64,000 nucleotides of DNA from Geosiphon pyriformis uo1 (GCA_016748015.1 JAAOMT010000777.1:252347-316346); one strand, 5' to 3'; positions 1-13,109 are shown, counted from the stretch's first letter. Notes: a model not told the origin generated them from the letters alone. Made by a program: numbers and translations.

Positions 1-1477
1 TGTTTCAATTTGGAATCCAATTCAGATGATTCATTCATGACCAGGTTTATAGCTTGAGCATGATTGGCTTCTAGTTCAGCTGCTTCGAAATCTTGTACAT
101 TGGTAACTGTGTTTTGGAGAGTTTGTGGGTGCATTGGGCGTACGTGTTGAAGGATGCTACTGTACAACCCATGGATGAACTGGTTTAGAATTTGTGGCAC
201 TGTAAAATAGTCAGCTTGGATTGCTTGAATTTGGTAAAGGTGTTGGCTAACTTGTTGATGCTATTATTGTTACTAAAGTACCTCAAGAATTTGGTTTTAA
301 ATTCATTAAAATTTTGGGGTTTGATGGCAAGGCTTTGGTACCATGCATCAGTGATGTCCTGAAGAAAGTAGGGAATTGCTTGCATGGCTCTAGCATTGTC
401 CCAATTATTGGCTGTAATTGCTTTAACTACATCATTCAGCCAGACTTAGGCATTGTCTTCTTTGCCAGTGAATTTATCGAGCTTCACGATTGGTGCATAT
501 GTTATTTGTTGTTGTTGTTGCAGTACAGGTGGCTAATGAATTTGTTGAAGTAGTTGTTGGGGTGGCTGTCATATGAGTTCGGCTAGTGGCTGATTAATGA
601 TGATTCCAGGAAATAAGTTTTGTTGATTAATTAAGTCAGGGTTTTGGTCATTCTGATTTGGCTGTGTTTGAAAATTCGGAGTTTCAATTTCCAGATTTTC
701 TAAATTTAGATTTTGCTGAGTCTAGAAATTCGGGGTTTCAATGTTCAGGTTCTCTGAAATCGGGTTCTGGTAAGTAAATTTTTGATCTTCAGATTTTTCT
801 TCCTCTTCTTTTTGTTCTTCCTCCGATTCTATTACTTTCCAGAGACTTGTGGTTCCGAAATCTGATTGGGATGGCAAAGATTGAAATTTTGATGGCGTTG
901 GCAATTGGGACTTAAATCCTTCAAAATATGTGTTATATAGTCCTATAAGATCTTTTTTCCTTTGTTTACTCTGAAATGGGAATCATTCAAAGGTTGATGT
1001 CACATGTGATGTGGATGCACCTGTTGATGTGATGTTGATGGTGCTTCCAAGTGTATAGTGGTATGATGGATTTGTTGGTAATTCAACTCTGGTTTTCTTC
1101 CAAGTGGGTGGTTGTATTTGTTTTGGTGTCACTACTGGTGTTTGTAATTTTTTTTTGCCTTTACTAGCATAAGTAATTGGATATCTTTGTTGTGTGTGAT
1201 GTTCAATTTCTTTATTAATCTCAGTAATAATGGATGTGAAATTATAATTTGTTGATAGGCTGGTGTTTTGGATTAATTTGTGGTAAAAAGTTTCTCTTGC
1301 TGATTCAGTGTTTACTGATGTTCTTAACAAATATGCAATTCTTTTGTTGATGTAGAAATTGAAGGCTAATTCCATTAATATATGATTTTGGTTTAATTCT
1401 AAGTGTTAACAGTAGTGTTAAAATAAGAATTTCACAAATCCTAAATGGTTTGCTCCTATATTTTCTGATTTTGCCAC
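1..1477 (-). pseudogene. gag: Family-A gag (N-terminal extension plus capsid-like region), decayed
   Basis: ORF fragments 983-1375, 722-904 and 185-385 (QAIPYFLQD..WYQSL..NNNSINKLANTFT) match the gag of copies A1 and A2. Starts at a GTG (1477-1475). Confidence 0.85.
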
Positions 1478-1521
1478 TTTTGGGATGAGTGTAGTTGGTG
1501 CTGGTTCTCTGTAGAATTATA

Positions 1522-1538
1522 TTTCACAGGGAGCACTA
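1522..1538 (-). promoter_or_regulatory. Primer binding site of A0
   Basis: TAGTGCTCCCTGTGAAA, 2 nt from the LTR end; a G>A-mutated version of TGGTGCTCCCTGT(G/A)AGG seen at 16214. Confidence 0.75.
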
Positions 1539-1540
1539 AA

Positions 1541-2441
1541 TGTTACAGATGATTATTTGGAGTCTCAAGTCAAATAACAAATCCATAACTTGGTGCTGGG
1601 TTTGTATTCTGGTGTCAATATTTGAAGGTTTTATTGTGGAGTTTTTTGTATAATGGACAAAGATTCAAGTGTTGTCTTTCTCGTAGCCTCCTAGAATTGC
1701 AATTCTATCAAATTTTTTTCTCAGTGTGGTGGCTGGTAATCTTGGCAGAGATGCACTTCTGGTAAGCTATTTTTAAATTCTCAATTCCTATACCCTTCCT
1801 TTGGGGTCTTTTACTAGGCTATCCTTGACATCAATAACTCAGCACTTAATTTTTAATTAGTTTAGTAAAACCAACAAAATGACAAAACAAAGAAAATAAA
1901 AAACAAAAATAAAGAAATAAATGAAAGCAATTACAAGTTAGTATCCTGTCAATAGTCATAATTAAGAGCTATTGTTCTTATGTGATTAAGTATTACTTAC
2001 TATTAACATGAAGTGTTGATAGTAGAGAGTGGATTAAGATGGTGAATAATTATTTATTGATATTGGTAAATAGAAAGTTGCTTAAATCAAATCTAAACTG
2101 AGAGGTCTGTCTTTTCTACTTCTAATGCTACCACTATATATACATAATTTGGATTCTATGAAATCACTCACATTCTTAAGCAATGTGCTATAATTTCTCA
2201 AGCAATGCTTATATTGCTAAGCAATGCTTACATTGTTAAGCAATGTGCCATATTTTCTTGACATTGCTTCACATTGCTGAGTAATGTGCCATGATTTCTA
2301 ACATTGCTCTACATTGCTGAGCAATGTGCCATACTTTCTAACATTGCTCCACATTGCTGAACAATGTGCTCATGTGCTAACTACTATTTTCCTATTGGTC
2401 TTCTATTTTCCTATATCTGTTTTCTTTTTCTATGAGTAACA
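1541..2441 (-). repeat. 5' LTR of A0
   Basis: TGTTACTCA...TGTAACA termini. TATA and R/U5 match the LTR at 30121-30992. U3 has CAATGT/ACATTG tandem repeats (~2165-2370). Confidence 0.9.
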
Positions 2442-2941
2442 ATGGCAACATTACCAATAGAAACTGATATTGAAACAATACTTTTTGAAGAAATCACAAT
2501 AGAAAATTACAAAAACATTTTACAAAGAAGACTTGATATTATTCTTGACTCATTGGTAAAAGCATAAATAATTGCCTTTAAAAAGGTAAAACAGTTCTAA
2601 GAAAAGCTTAAGAAAAAGAAAACTTATAAAACATTTTCTTTAAGTATTGATAACTTAATATTAGAATACTATTTAGATAAAAACAATGTCTATGATGATA
2701 AATTTTCCAGCTGATGGAAAGAACTCTTTTTAGTCAACAAAGTTTTGAACAATGATTCATATATTCTTTAAAATCAATTCAAAACAATTTTCAATGATTG
2801 TTTTGTTCATGACACATAACTTAAAAAATATTATAAATGATCTGATTGGTTGTTTATTATGGTAATACTGACTCAAATGATCAGCAAAAATTAAGTATAA
2901 ATAAATGCATCATTTCTAAAACAGAGGTATTTTCAATTAAT

Positions 2942-3598
2942 ACAAATAATTATTTTTTAGATCAAACCATTCAAAACACCTTCTATATTCTTCATGAATA
3001 TTGAATCAAAAACTATTTAAATATTACTTTGACTATTGGAAAACAGACTATTATAACTGATAACAATAGAACATATACTGTTATTAGACCCAAGAAAACC
3101 ACTACCAAAAAAGAAAAAATTGGTAACAAAATAGATAAATATCTGTTGAAAAGTATAACAGCAGCTATACTTCTATCTTCCAATACAGTTGAAAAAACAC
3201 TCTAAAAAATTTTGCTTATAAACAAAAACTTGTCATATAGAAGGCAATTGGAACTCTATGGTCACCTTGGTGAAATTATAGAGAATATAAAACTCATAAA
3301 AAAAACAATTTTAGAGATACAGGCAGAAATTTTGGGCATTATATAGTTAAATATCTCAAGAGTTTTAACTATTGCTAAAAAAGCCAAAACTCTAATACAA
3401 AGATTTAGTCTCTTGAATACAAAACTCATTTCATCTCAAATATTATATATTTTATCTACAAAAAACTTCAACAAACTAGTTAGTTTTGAGTTAGACAAGA
3501 CCTTTTAATTAGATTATTCCATAAATAGCTTGATTTTGCCAGAGCTTAATCTCTTTGAAAAGAATGATGTTATGATTGAAACTTATACTTTTTATTAG
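2942..3598 (+). pseudogene. Family-B ORF3 (accessory ORF of unknown function), decayed
   Basis: Homologous to 14471-15127; contains LELYGHLGEII and reads into the LTR. Confidence 0.7.
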
Positions 3599-4256
3599 TT
3601 ATCATATATATTAGTTATTGATGTTATATAATTAGCCACTCTATTTTTAGATAATAATCATTGACCTGATCAATAACCTGATTATAGATCTGATCATTGA
3701 CCTGATCATTGATCTGATCATTAACTATTTTTAATAGCTATATAAGTGATAAATCTCTTAGCTGTAAAAATACATATCAGAAATCAAGAAAATAAAATAA
3801 ATAAAATAATAACTTTTATCTCAATTTTTCTTTTATTACTAATTTTTTTTTCTACTTTTAAGTATCTGAACATCTTAGAATAAAAAATTATTTATTGGTT
3901 ATTTTTTATCTTTTTTTAAAATGTGTAATTATAGTATTTAAAGATTATTGAATAAAATGTGACTGAAAAGTACATCTGATATCTGATATTAAATTCTAAG
4001 AGCACTGACATGAGACATAGAATTATATCAGTGTATGATTATTTGTTAACAGTATGGACTATCTTTCTACTTTCAGATTCTCCAGTTATCTTTTAAAAAG
4101 TATAGTAACTGAGATATTTTATGAGACTAATTTTACACATTAAATTCATACTCATTTAATTCACTCTTTGAAGTTGAATTCCCTTTGATTTTTTTCATTA
4201 CTCTACAATCTTGTTCTCTTTTGCTATTTATTAGTTTGTTACTCTAATCTGTAATA
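3568..4256 (+). repeat. 3' LTR of B0
   Basis: TGTTATGATTGAAAC start; end GTAATA (CA>TA); 12-bp TGACCTGATCAT repeats. Matches 8075-8792 and 15097-15848. Confidence 0.9.
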
Positions 4257-5023
4257 ATACTAAAAAAACATTTTTGCAAATACATATAATTTTACAAAAG
4301 CTTAATTCTAAAAGAGAATAATAATATTATCTGAGTAAAAAACCAATTTAAAGCAATTAAAAAAACATAATTGATATGTGATAACATAAAAAAGTATAAT
4401 AAATACAAAATAATACAGAATAATATATAATAATTCAAAATAATACAAAATAATACATAATAACATAAAATAACACAGAATAATTAGCCATAACATAAAT
4501 AACTAATTATAATATAAAAAAATAAAGCAATAACAAATATAATAAATGATAACTAGTAATAATAAACAATTAAAAACAATCTTGTAAAACTAGAGAATAT
4601 GTATAAAAATAAGTAATTTTAGTAAATAAAAAAAACAGATAAAAACAAAAACTTGTTTTCTTAAAAACACTTTTTATCTTTAACTTAATAAAACTTTTTA
4701 TTTTAATTTTTCACTATTTTTATATTTACTATTAAATAAAATATTATTTAATTTATTTGTATATAATTTTAAAATTTGTGTTGTTAAAATCAAATTAATT
4801 GTGTCTCTTATTTTTATTTTAAGCCAAATGTTTTTAACATAAACAGTTTTAAAACTCTAATAACTTAGACCAATTGCTCTTAATTATAATAATTAAAAAA
4901 AAACTTCTTTCTTTTTTATCTTCAAAAATTCTTAAAAAGTGCATTTTCTGTAAAAAGAAATTTTTTTGTTTTTTAATCTATACCAATATTTCTTTACCTA
5001 ATAATAACCCATTTTTTGTAGAT

Positions 5024-6895
5024 ATGAAGGCTACTGCTAATAGCACCACATCTAAAAAGAAGGCTCTTAAAAGCGCTTTTTATGGTCCTGCTGGTGGTTT
5101 TTTTTCTCAAAAGAAGAAAGTTGTCATTGGTAATGTCAAAAACTTTGGTAATAAAAGAGATATATCCTTAAGCAGATCTGGATTTGATAATAGTGTTTAT
5201 TCTGATGTGGAAAGTTTTTCTGGTGAAGATGAAAATGTTAGCATGTTTGGTATAGATGATGGGTCTTTTTTGGGCTCAGCTGCTACTATACTCAAGATGA
5301 AGCAAGTCAACACTAGTGCTGTTTTTGGTTTTCCACTCAGCTCTCCCAACTTTCATATGGATGATGATAAAGTTGTGCTCTCTTCTTGCTTGCCTATCTC
5401 TCTTAACAAGAAGTGGATTGACCCAAAAATTATCAAGACTCCTGTAAAAGTGTCAATTAAAAAGTCATTTGCTTTGAATATTAATCTTTTAGCTGTGGAA
5501 GATAAATTGGCAATGGCAAAAACTCAGTTGATTAGAAAAAATTTTTCATCAGTCAATGGTTTTGGGGGGGCCACTACCCTCTCAAAATTTGAAGAGATCA
5601 TCTAATCAACATTTACTTCAGAAAAAAGCATGAAAATAGCCACTTTATTGGTCAGAGAAAAAAGGATTATTGTAAACAGTGATTTTAAGAAACAAGGAAT
5701 TTGTTCAGATTGGGCTGTGGTAATTAAAAAAATTTCCATGAATACGCCAAAGGAGATGATCATTACTACATTAGCTGAGTTTGGTAAAATTAAGTCGATC
5801 AAAATTCAACTGATTGGAATGTAGCAAAAAGCTGTGATGGAGTTTGCTAAATCAGACCAAGCTAATTTGTTGGCCTCTAAGTGGTCATTTCTAATTGGTA
5901 AAGATTCTGTGTGTGTAGCCAAAGCAGTGGGAGATCATAAGACTTGGGCTTTAAAAAATCAGTTCAAAGCACTTTTGTTTACTTTACCAGTGGAAATGAT
6001 GGCACATGATCTTGGAACTTTTCTGGAAAGGACTGGTGTGAAAACCTGCATTATAAACAGATCTCTGGAAACTGGTAATAGGATTTGCTGTGCTGTGGTT
6101 GGTTTTGAATCTGATAATGATCTGGAATCTGCTTTTTATACAGAACCTATCTATCATGGTACTAAACTGTCTTGGGCTAGGATAAATTTGATTTGTTGTA
6201 TAAAGTGTGGGCATTTTGGACATTCAGCTCTTGAATGTGATGCTTTAAAAGTACTTGTGCTGCCATCATTTAAGAAGTTATATAAAAGGGTTGCTTTAAA
6301 GGAAGCTTACTTTCGACTTGCTAAGTTGTATGAGAAAAAAGATGTTCCAATCTCTTATCCTGCTGTCTTTGGTGGCAAATCTTGGGTCCAAGTACTAGCT
6401 AATTCTTTTAGTGGTGTTTGCTTCAAGTCTGATTCTATTTTCTCTTCTCTTGGCATCTCACATTTGAGTAGTATTCTTTCTTTTACTTCAAATAATAACT
6501 CTGGTTTGAGTGATTGTTTAGCAGTATTAAAATGTTCCTTGGAGCTTTTGTTAAATCAGGTTTCTGTTTTGTTGAGAAAATTGAGCTTTGTAGAGTTAGT
6601 GTCTTTGATTGTATCTTCTTCTGCTCCCCTTCCAGTTGCTCCTGTTTCTTTAACTCTTATTCTGGATTTGGATATGGTTTTGAACAATGTGTTGGTGTCA
6701 TTCACTCTTTTTCCCTCTGTTGGTTCAGACTTGGTGGCCAATTTTAGCTCTGGTAGTTCTAAGGTTCTAACCACCAAAGTGGATGGATTGGAATCCAAAA
6801 TGGTGGCTTTGGAGACTTCTATTAATTTGGTTTTGGGAAGGTTGAATTGTTTGTGTTCTGGTTTGGGTTTGTCAACTCTTTTTTTATTTCAATGA
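5024..6895 (+). pseudogene. LINE ORF1 (RRM-like domains plus CCHC knuckle), two in-frame stops
   Basis: ORFs 4874-5605, 5630-5824 and 5834-6895 share one frame, with stops at 5603 and 5822. Knuckle CIKCGHFGHSALEC (CX2CX4HX4C). Confidence 0.85.
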
Positions 6896-7538
6896 TAGAT
6901 TTTGTTTGAAAAATTGCTATGTGCAATGTCTGAGGTATGAACAATCCTACAAAACAAGAAGACATTGTTCGTTGGCATAAGGATATGAGCAATTTGATTT
7001 TGATCATTACTGAGACTAAGTTGAAGGATAAAGTCCATCTGTGGATCACCAACAAGTTTGATGGTGTCTGTGTTTTTACTTCTGGTTTGGATTTTGGCCA
7101 CTTGGGTTCTAGTATTGCTATTGTTATGAATTCTTTTTTGGTAAAACATGTGTGCAAAGTTTCTGAAGTGCCTGATCAGATCCTATCCATTAGACTTCTT
7201 TTCAAAAATAAACTTTCTGTGTTGGTCTTAGGACTTTACACTGGTGCTTCATCTGAAGTTCGGTTTTCACAGACTGGTGAGATTAACTCTCTTATTGCAA
7301 AGACTGTTAACAAATTTTTTTTTATCATCCTTGGTGGTAACTTCAATGAAGATGATTTGCGGAAATATGCTAGTTTTAAAAAATGTATTAGTTTGGGGCT
7401 GGTTAATTCTTTGATGGGTAGTTCATCTGTGAATTGTCCTACATGGAGTAATATAAGGGGTGCAAGAAAGACAATTGATTATATTTTAGTTTTATCAAAT
7501 TTAATTAATGCAGTTATGAGTCGTGATGTCATAAATAT
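6892..7538 (+). pseudogene. LINE ORF2, APE endonuclease part
   Basis: CNV*GMN, ITETKL, ILGGNFN, PTW and TIDYI motifs. The ATG overlaps the ORF1 stop (ATGA). Confidence 0.9.
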
Positions 7539-8074
7539 TGTTACTCATAGAATATAAAAAGGATATTAGCATATAAATTAGCCAATCAGAAGTAGGCACA
7601 GTAAATGTGCAATTCCAGGATTTTTTTCAGAAGAATTGCAGGATTTCAGGAATTTTAGAATTCTCATACAAGGAATCACAGGATTCCAGAATTCCAGGAT
7701 TTCTCTCAAAGGAATTGTAGAATTCCAAGAATTACAGAATTCCTGGTGTGAAGAATTGAGGAATTGAGAAATCTCAATTATGTATATATAGCAATAGTAC
7801 TAGAAGTAGAAAGAGAGAATCTTTTAGTTAGAGACCTCTTAGTTTAGATTTGATTTAAACAATCTTTCACATCACAAATATTAATAAATAATTATTCACT
7901 ATCTCAATCTACTCTCCACTATTAACACTTCATGTTAATAGTTTTGAATACTTAAACCATGCTAGAACAATAGCTCTTGATTATGGCTATTGATGAAATA
8001 CTAACATTTATTGCCTTGGCTTATTTCTTTTATTTCTTTTATTTATTTTTCTTTTCTTTGATTTTGTTGTATAC
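7539..8074 (+). repeat. A1 5' LTR, left part (U3 with GAATTCCAG-type repeats, CCAAT, TATA)
   Basis: Matches 38571-39050; interrupted at ATAC by element B1. Confidence 0.9.
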
Positions 8075-8792
8075 TGTTATAGTTGAAACTTATACTTTTT
8101 ATTAATTATTACATGTATTAGCCACTGATATCACATAAATTAGCCACTCTATTTTTAGAAAGTGATCATTGACCTGATCAATGATCTAACTGTTGACTTG
8201 ATCATTGACCTGATTATTGACTTAATCAATGACCTAATCATTAACCTAGTCATTGATCTGATTATTGACCATTTTTGACAACTATATAAATAATGAATCT
8301 TTTAGCTGTAGAAAAGCATGAAGAAATTAAGGAAATCAAATAAATAAAATAACAACTTTCATCTCAATCATTCTCTTATTGCTAATTTCTCTTTCCCTAT
8401 CTTCAAGTATCTGAACATCTTAAAGATAAAAAATTACTTGTTGGCATTTACCTAACTTTTTCCTGAAATGTGTAATTACAGCATTTGAAGATTATTGAAT
8501 AAAACGTGACTGAAGAGCACATCTGATGAATTCTAAGAGTGCTGATGTAAGGCATAGAATTATACCAAGTGTGATCATTTGTTGACAGTACAAACTATCT
8601 CTCTATCTTCAGATTCTCCAGTTATCTTTTGAAAAGTACAGTAACTGAGATATTTTATGAGACTGATCTTGTACATTGAATCCATACTTATTTAATTTGC
8701 TTTTTAAAATTGAATTCTCTTTGATTATTTCCATCACCCTACAATCCTGTTCTCCTTTGCTATCTGTTAGCTTGTTACTCCAACCCATAACA
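8075..8792 (+). repeat. B1 5' LTR
   Basis: TGTTAT...ATAACA; 12-bp TGACCTGATCAT tandem array; TATA at ~8284. Confidence 0.95.
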
Positions 8793-8798
8793 TAAAAG

Positions 8799-8815
8799 TA
8801 GTGCTTTCTGTGAGG
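8799..8815 (+). promoter_or_regulatory. Primer binding site of B1
   Basis: TAGTGCTTTCTGTGAGG, same type as the family-A PBS. Confidence 0.7.
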
Positions 8816-8844
8816 TTGTCAAATTCCACTTTGTTTCCTATTAT

Positions 8845-10385
8845 ATGGGTGATTATTTATACTTGTCACAACAATCAGAAGAACACTTTGAAACACATAA
8901 CAAAAACAATCTAGACTTTATTAAACTCAATCCTTTGCCCTCCTGCTTGATTTGCTTCCTTATTGAAGAACAATCCAGCAGACAATTCCAAGACTTTTGG
9001 AACTGGTTTCTGAACAAACATTCAGCTGAAACCTACACAGTTTATACAACATATTTTTTTGACCAAGCTTATTTTGAAGACAACTTTGAAGAAAGAAACA
9101 ACAGTATCAATCAGTTCTTATATTCCACAACCTTTGAACAACAGCCCCCTAATTTCGAATATCTGAACCATCAAATTCACATTTGGATTGCTGCTCATTA
9201 ATCAGCTGAAACTCTTTTTGAAACAGAAGAAGAAAGCTATCAAACTGCTCTTGTTTTTGATTTTTTTTCAAGTGAATCAGAACATTCCACACAAACAGTT
9301 ACACCTGAACCAATGGCTCAAGACTCTCTACAACAAAACATTTTGATTGCCCTCCAAGGTATACAGACTGCTTTAGGGCAAAGAAACAATACTCCATTAC
9401 CATTATTCAGAAGTAATGTTCAAGATCCAATTGAATGGTTGAATGACTTTGAAAAAGCTGCCACAGCCAATCAATATGATGATGAATACAAGTTTCAAAT
9501 TGTTGGTGGCTATTTCCAAGGCTCTCCTGCTATCTGGTTCTCACAAAAAACAGATGCCAATGCTCATCAAAAAATTATTAGATGGATATCTGAGAAATCA
9601 ACATCTTCTTTACTACCCAGTTTGAAAATAAGTTCAGAACTCCAATCTTAATATCCAAGTGGCATATAGAATTAGAAAAAAGAACTCAAAATCCTGGTGA
9701 GGTTGTAACAGAATATGCCAAAGCAATAAAAAAACTTATTAAATGAATAGATTCTAGAAGAAATTAGACAGAAGAGCAGAAAATACATTCCTTCACAAAA
9801 AGACTGAGAACTGATTTATTATATGCTCTTTGGTCTTTCTTGGCCTTGAAAGATAATCTCATAATGGATATGGCTGTTGAATTTACTCAAAGAATAGAGG
9901 ATAACCAAAAGATGCATCTGGAATCTACTCTTCCAGTTTTTGCTCCTGCTTCTTTTATGGCTTCTGCTCCACAAATGACTGCTACCTCTTTTGCTGCCCA
10001 AACTCAAGACTCAAATAAACAGTTAATAGATAGGCTTACAGCAAATTTTGTCCAGTTACTGGAACCTTTGGCCCAAGCAGTTAGAGAAAATCAACAACCC
10101 CAAAGACCCAGATTTGAACTCCATTTCAATCAGCCCCAACAACCATATTAAAGACAGCAAAATCACGGCCCACCTGTGTACTATCACTGTGGACTAACTG
10201 GATATTTCTCCAGAGATTGTAACAATCCTCCCCTGCCTCTTCCAGCTCCTAGAAACAATGACAATCAAAACAACAGAACCATTAACAATAATGTCCCCAA
10301 TCAAAGACCTAATCATGCTAACATCAATTTCTTTGGAGAGGATCCCTTAGTTGAAGCCACTGTTTATTAGTCTTTAAACTGGTAG
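8845..10385 (+). pseudogene. gag: B1 gag
   Basis: Capsid-like QDPIEWLNDFEKAATANQY; degenerate knuckle YYHCGLTGYFSRDC; stops and one frameshift. Confidence 0.85.
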
Positions 10386-10411
10386 GTGCACCTCCAAAGG
10401 GTGAGAGTGCA
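10373..10411 (+). promoter_or_regulatory. Putative -1 ribosomal frameshift signal (T TTA AAC plus downstream stem/pseudoknot)
   Basis: The heptamer is phased in the gag frame, gag stops 2 codons later, and the -1 frame continues as pol (LVGAPPKGESASQPEEN...). Confidence 0.7.
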
Positions 10412-13048
10412 AGCCAACCAGAAGAAAATTCTTTTTACACTTTTAATTTAACTAATGATGACCATGACATAGATGAACTGGCAATCAACACTTCTGAACC
10501 AACAAGAAAGAAGAAGAAAGCCAAGGTTGATTTCGTTATAGATCCAAAGAAAGCCTCCACATCAACTGTTGATAACAATGAACTACCAAAAGCTAAAGTT
10601 TTTAAAAATCCTCCAAAGTTGGAACCTCCAGAAATTGTACAAAAATCTGGACTATATTCTGTTGTCAAAGATCTTATAAAAACTCCTGCTCACATTATTT
10701 TTGGCCAGTTAATAATCCATCCCCAATTCAGAAAAGACCTTCACAAATCATTAATACCAAAAAAAAAGACTTCAAAAACCAACAAGTGCTCTCATCAAGC
10801 TGGACTTGCTGACAACAGCAATGTCACTCCTTTGATTTGTAAAGCTCAAGTGGCTGGTTATTTTATTGATCTGATCCTAGACAGTAGATCATCTGTAAGC
10901 GTCATTGCCAAACACTTTTTAGAAGCAATTGGCAGAAAGATTGATGAGCCCTTCACAAGACCAATGACCAATATACATGATAACAAAAAGAAAGGCCTGG
11001 ACATAGCCAAAGCTATTCCTGTCTGCATCAATGGCATCAGCATTGAAACTGACATAAAAGTATCTGAAACCAAAAAATACACCATAATAGTTGGCAATAA
11101 ATGGCTTAAGAAAACAAAAGTCTTGCTTGATTATGAACTTTGCAAGCTAATCATCAAATGTGATGAAAAACCCATTGTAATTAAATGCTGTTATTGGACA
11201 ACTTTTCTAATAACCAACCAGAACCAAAAAAAAGAACAATCAGATGAATCAGATGATGATAAGAGCAATGATAAAGAAGATCAAGAAAAACAAGAAGAAA
11301 CTACTGAACTTACTTATACCATTTTTACCAGCAATGGCAAGCCACTGGACAATGTTAAAGCAGATAAAGAAGGAATCATGGTAAATGGCAAGCTGATTTG
11401 CTGGTCTTACTATAATATTTTCAGAAAAACCTTTGACAGAAAACCTGGCAAGAAAACCAAATACAGTTATTGGTAACATGGCCTTTGTGCATAGTGCTAG
11501 TGTAATAAACTTTTGTATTCACCAAGTGATGAATGCAAATCCTGCCTGATCTATTACAAAGATTGGAAACCAATTAGCTTGATACCCAAAGAAGAACTAA
11601 AAGAAGTACAAAAGTCCTTTGAAAATGAAATGCCTGAAATTCAATCCTTAGTTATAGAACAAAAAAAACCTTCTCCTGAAGAAAGAAAAATGGACATTGA
11701 AAATCTGTTGGCTAAGAATAGTCCAATTATCTCAAAAAAAGGTGATACCCTTAAACAAACCCATGTGATACAATACACTATTACCACCAAAGAAACTTGT
11801 CTCATCTATTTGAAGCCTTATCAATTCAATTGACACAATGATGAGTTTATCAAGAAAGAGATAAACTGGATGAAAGATCTTGGATTCATACAAAAAACCA
11901 AGAGTGAATAGGCTTTTTCAGTTGTAATAGTACTCAAAAAAGGTGGAACTCTATGCTTCTGTGTTGACTATTGCCAATTAAATGTCATCACTATAAGAGA
12001 CATGTACCCACTTCCCAAAATTAATGCAATGCTAGATAAATTCAATGGTGCTGCTTTTTTCTCAACTATTGACTTAACTGCTGGATTCTGGCAAGTAGAG
12101 ATGGATCCAAAAAGCAAAAAAAAAACTGTCTTCATTACCAAGTATGAAACCTATGAATTCACAGTCATGTCTTTTGGTCTTATCAATGCTTCTCCTACTT
12201 TTCAACACCTAATAAACAAAGTATTTGAATTAGTAAAAAAAAACTTTGTTCTTGTCTACTTAGATAACATAATAGTCTACTCAAAAACATGAAATGAATA
12301 TCTTGAACATTTACAGAAGGTTTTTAACCTGCTCAGAAATGCTGGCCTTAAAATCAACCCAATCAAATTTTTCTTTGGATGCCAATTCACCCAATTCTTT
12401 GGTCATCTTATTACAAAAAATGGAATCTTCCCTGACCCAGCTAAAGTTGAAAAAGTTCAAAACATTAGACAACCAATAAATATTTCTCTTTTCTTAGTTT
12501 GGCCTCTTACTATTGCGAATTTATTAAGGATTTCTCCAAAATCACCTTTCTTCTCAATCAGCTACTCAGGAAAAATGTCAATTATTATTAGGACACTCAT
12601 CAACAAAAAGCTTTTGAAATTCTGAAGGAAAAACTTGTTACTGAACCAATTCTCAAGCAACCTAATCTAATTTTTTATCTTCCACATTGATGCATCTGGC
12701 TATGAACTTGATGCTGTTTTTTCACAGGAAGATGAAAATGGCAGAGAACATACCATAGCATATGTCAGTAGATCTCTCACACCAGCAGAAAAAAACTATT
12801 CAGTTACTGAACAAAAATGTTTAGCAGTAATTTGGGCTATTAACTATTGGGATCAAAATTTTCTTGGTGCAAAATTCTTAGTAGTAACAGATCATCAAGT
12901 CTTGGTTTGGCTGCACAATAAAAAAAAGCTAGAACACAAACAAATAACTTGCTGGATACTCTATTTGAATGAATTCAACTATGATATTCAACACTGCAAA
13001 GGAGCAAATCATCAAAATGTCAATGCTTTTTCTAGACTTACCATTTAA
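10379..13048 (+). pseudogene. pol: B1 pol: aspartic protease, RT, RNase H
   Basis: LILDSRS (PR); FSTIDLTAGFWQV and LVYLDNI (RT); HIDAS, NYSVTEQKCLAV and VTDH (RH). Ends TAA TAA TAG. Confidence 0.9.
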
Positions 13049-13109
13049 TAATAGTACAACTTCCCAAACCAAACCAACTTAATTATTAGTAACTTTTTTA
13101 CAACCAAAC

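Larger units (their letters stand above)
1..2441 (-). mobile_element. Ty3/Gypsy LTR retrotransposon, family A copy A0 (5' part only; continues off the left edge), inserted in the integrase of a family-B element
   Basis: 5' LTR, PBS and decayed gag on the minus strand, homologous to copies at 16212+ and 30993+. Flanked at 2442-2445 by ATGG, after which family-B integrase sequence resumes. Confidence 0.9.
2442..4256 (+). mobile_element. Ty3/Gypsy family B copy B0, 3' remnant (integrase C-terminus, ORF3, 3' LTR)
   Basis: Collinear with 13970-15848 of the full-length copy B1. Followed by ATAC. Confidence 0.9.
4900..7538 (+). mobile_element. Non-LTR retrotransposon (LINE), 5' segment; 5' boundary approximate
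   Basis: ORF1 followed by an APE endonuclease, cut off at 7538 by an LTR. Confidence 0.9.

Noticed and set aside
4257-4900. Short ORFs and ATAATACAAA-like repeats; possible LINE TSD (ATAATAATTA at ~4886 and ~43591)
   Set aside because: Low complexity; neither coding potential nor the TSD can be told from chance.
7610-7775. GAATTCCAG arrays as heat-shock elements or a CRISPR array
   Set aside because: The period is ~9 bp rather than the 10 bp of nGAAnnTTCn and there are no unique spacers; these and the 12-bp and 19-bp arrays are ordinary U3 tandem repeats.
10362-10399. 38-nt GT...AG intron joining gag and pol frames
   Set aside because: It would restore the frame, but it is shorter than host introns here and has a poor donor; a phased slippery heptamer explains the junction better.
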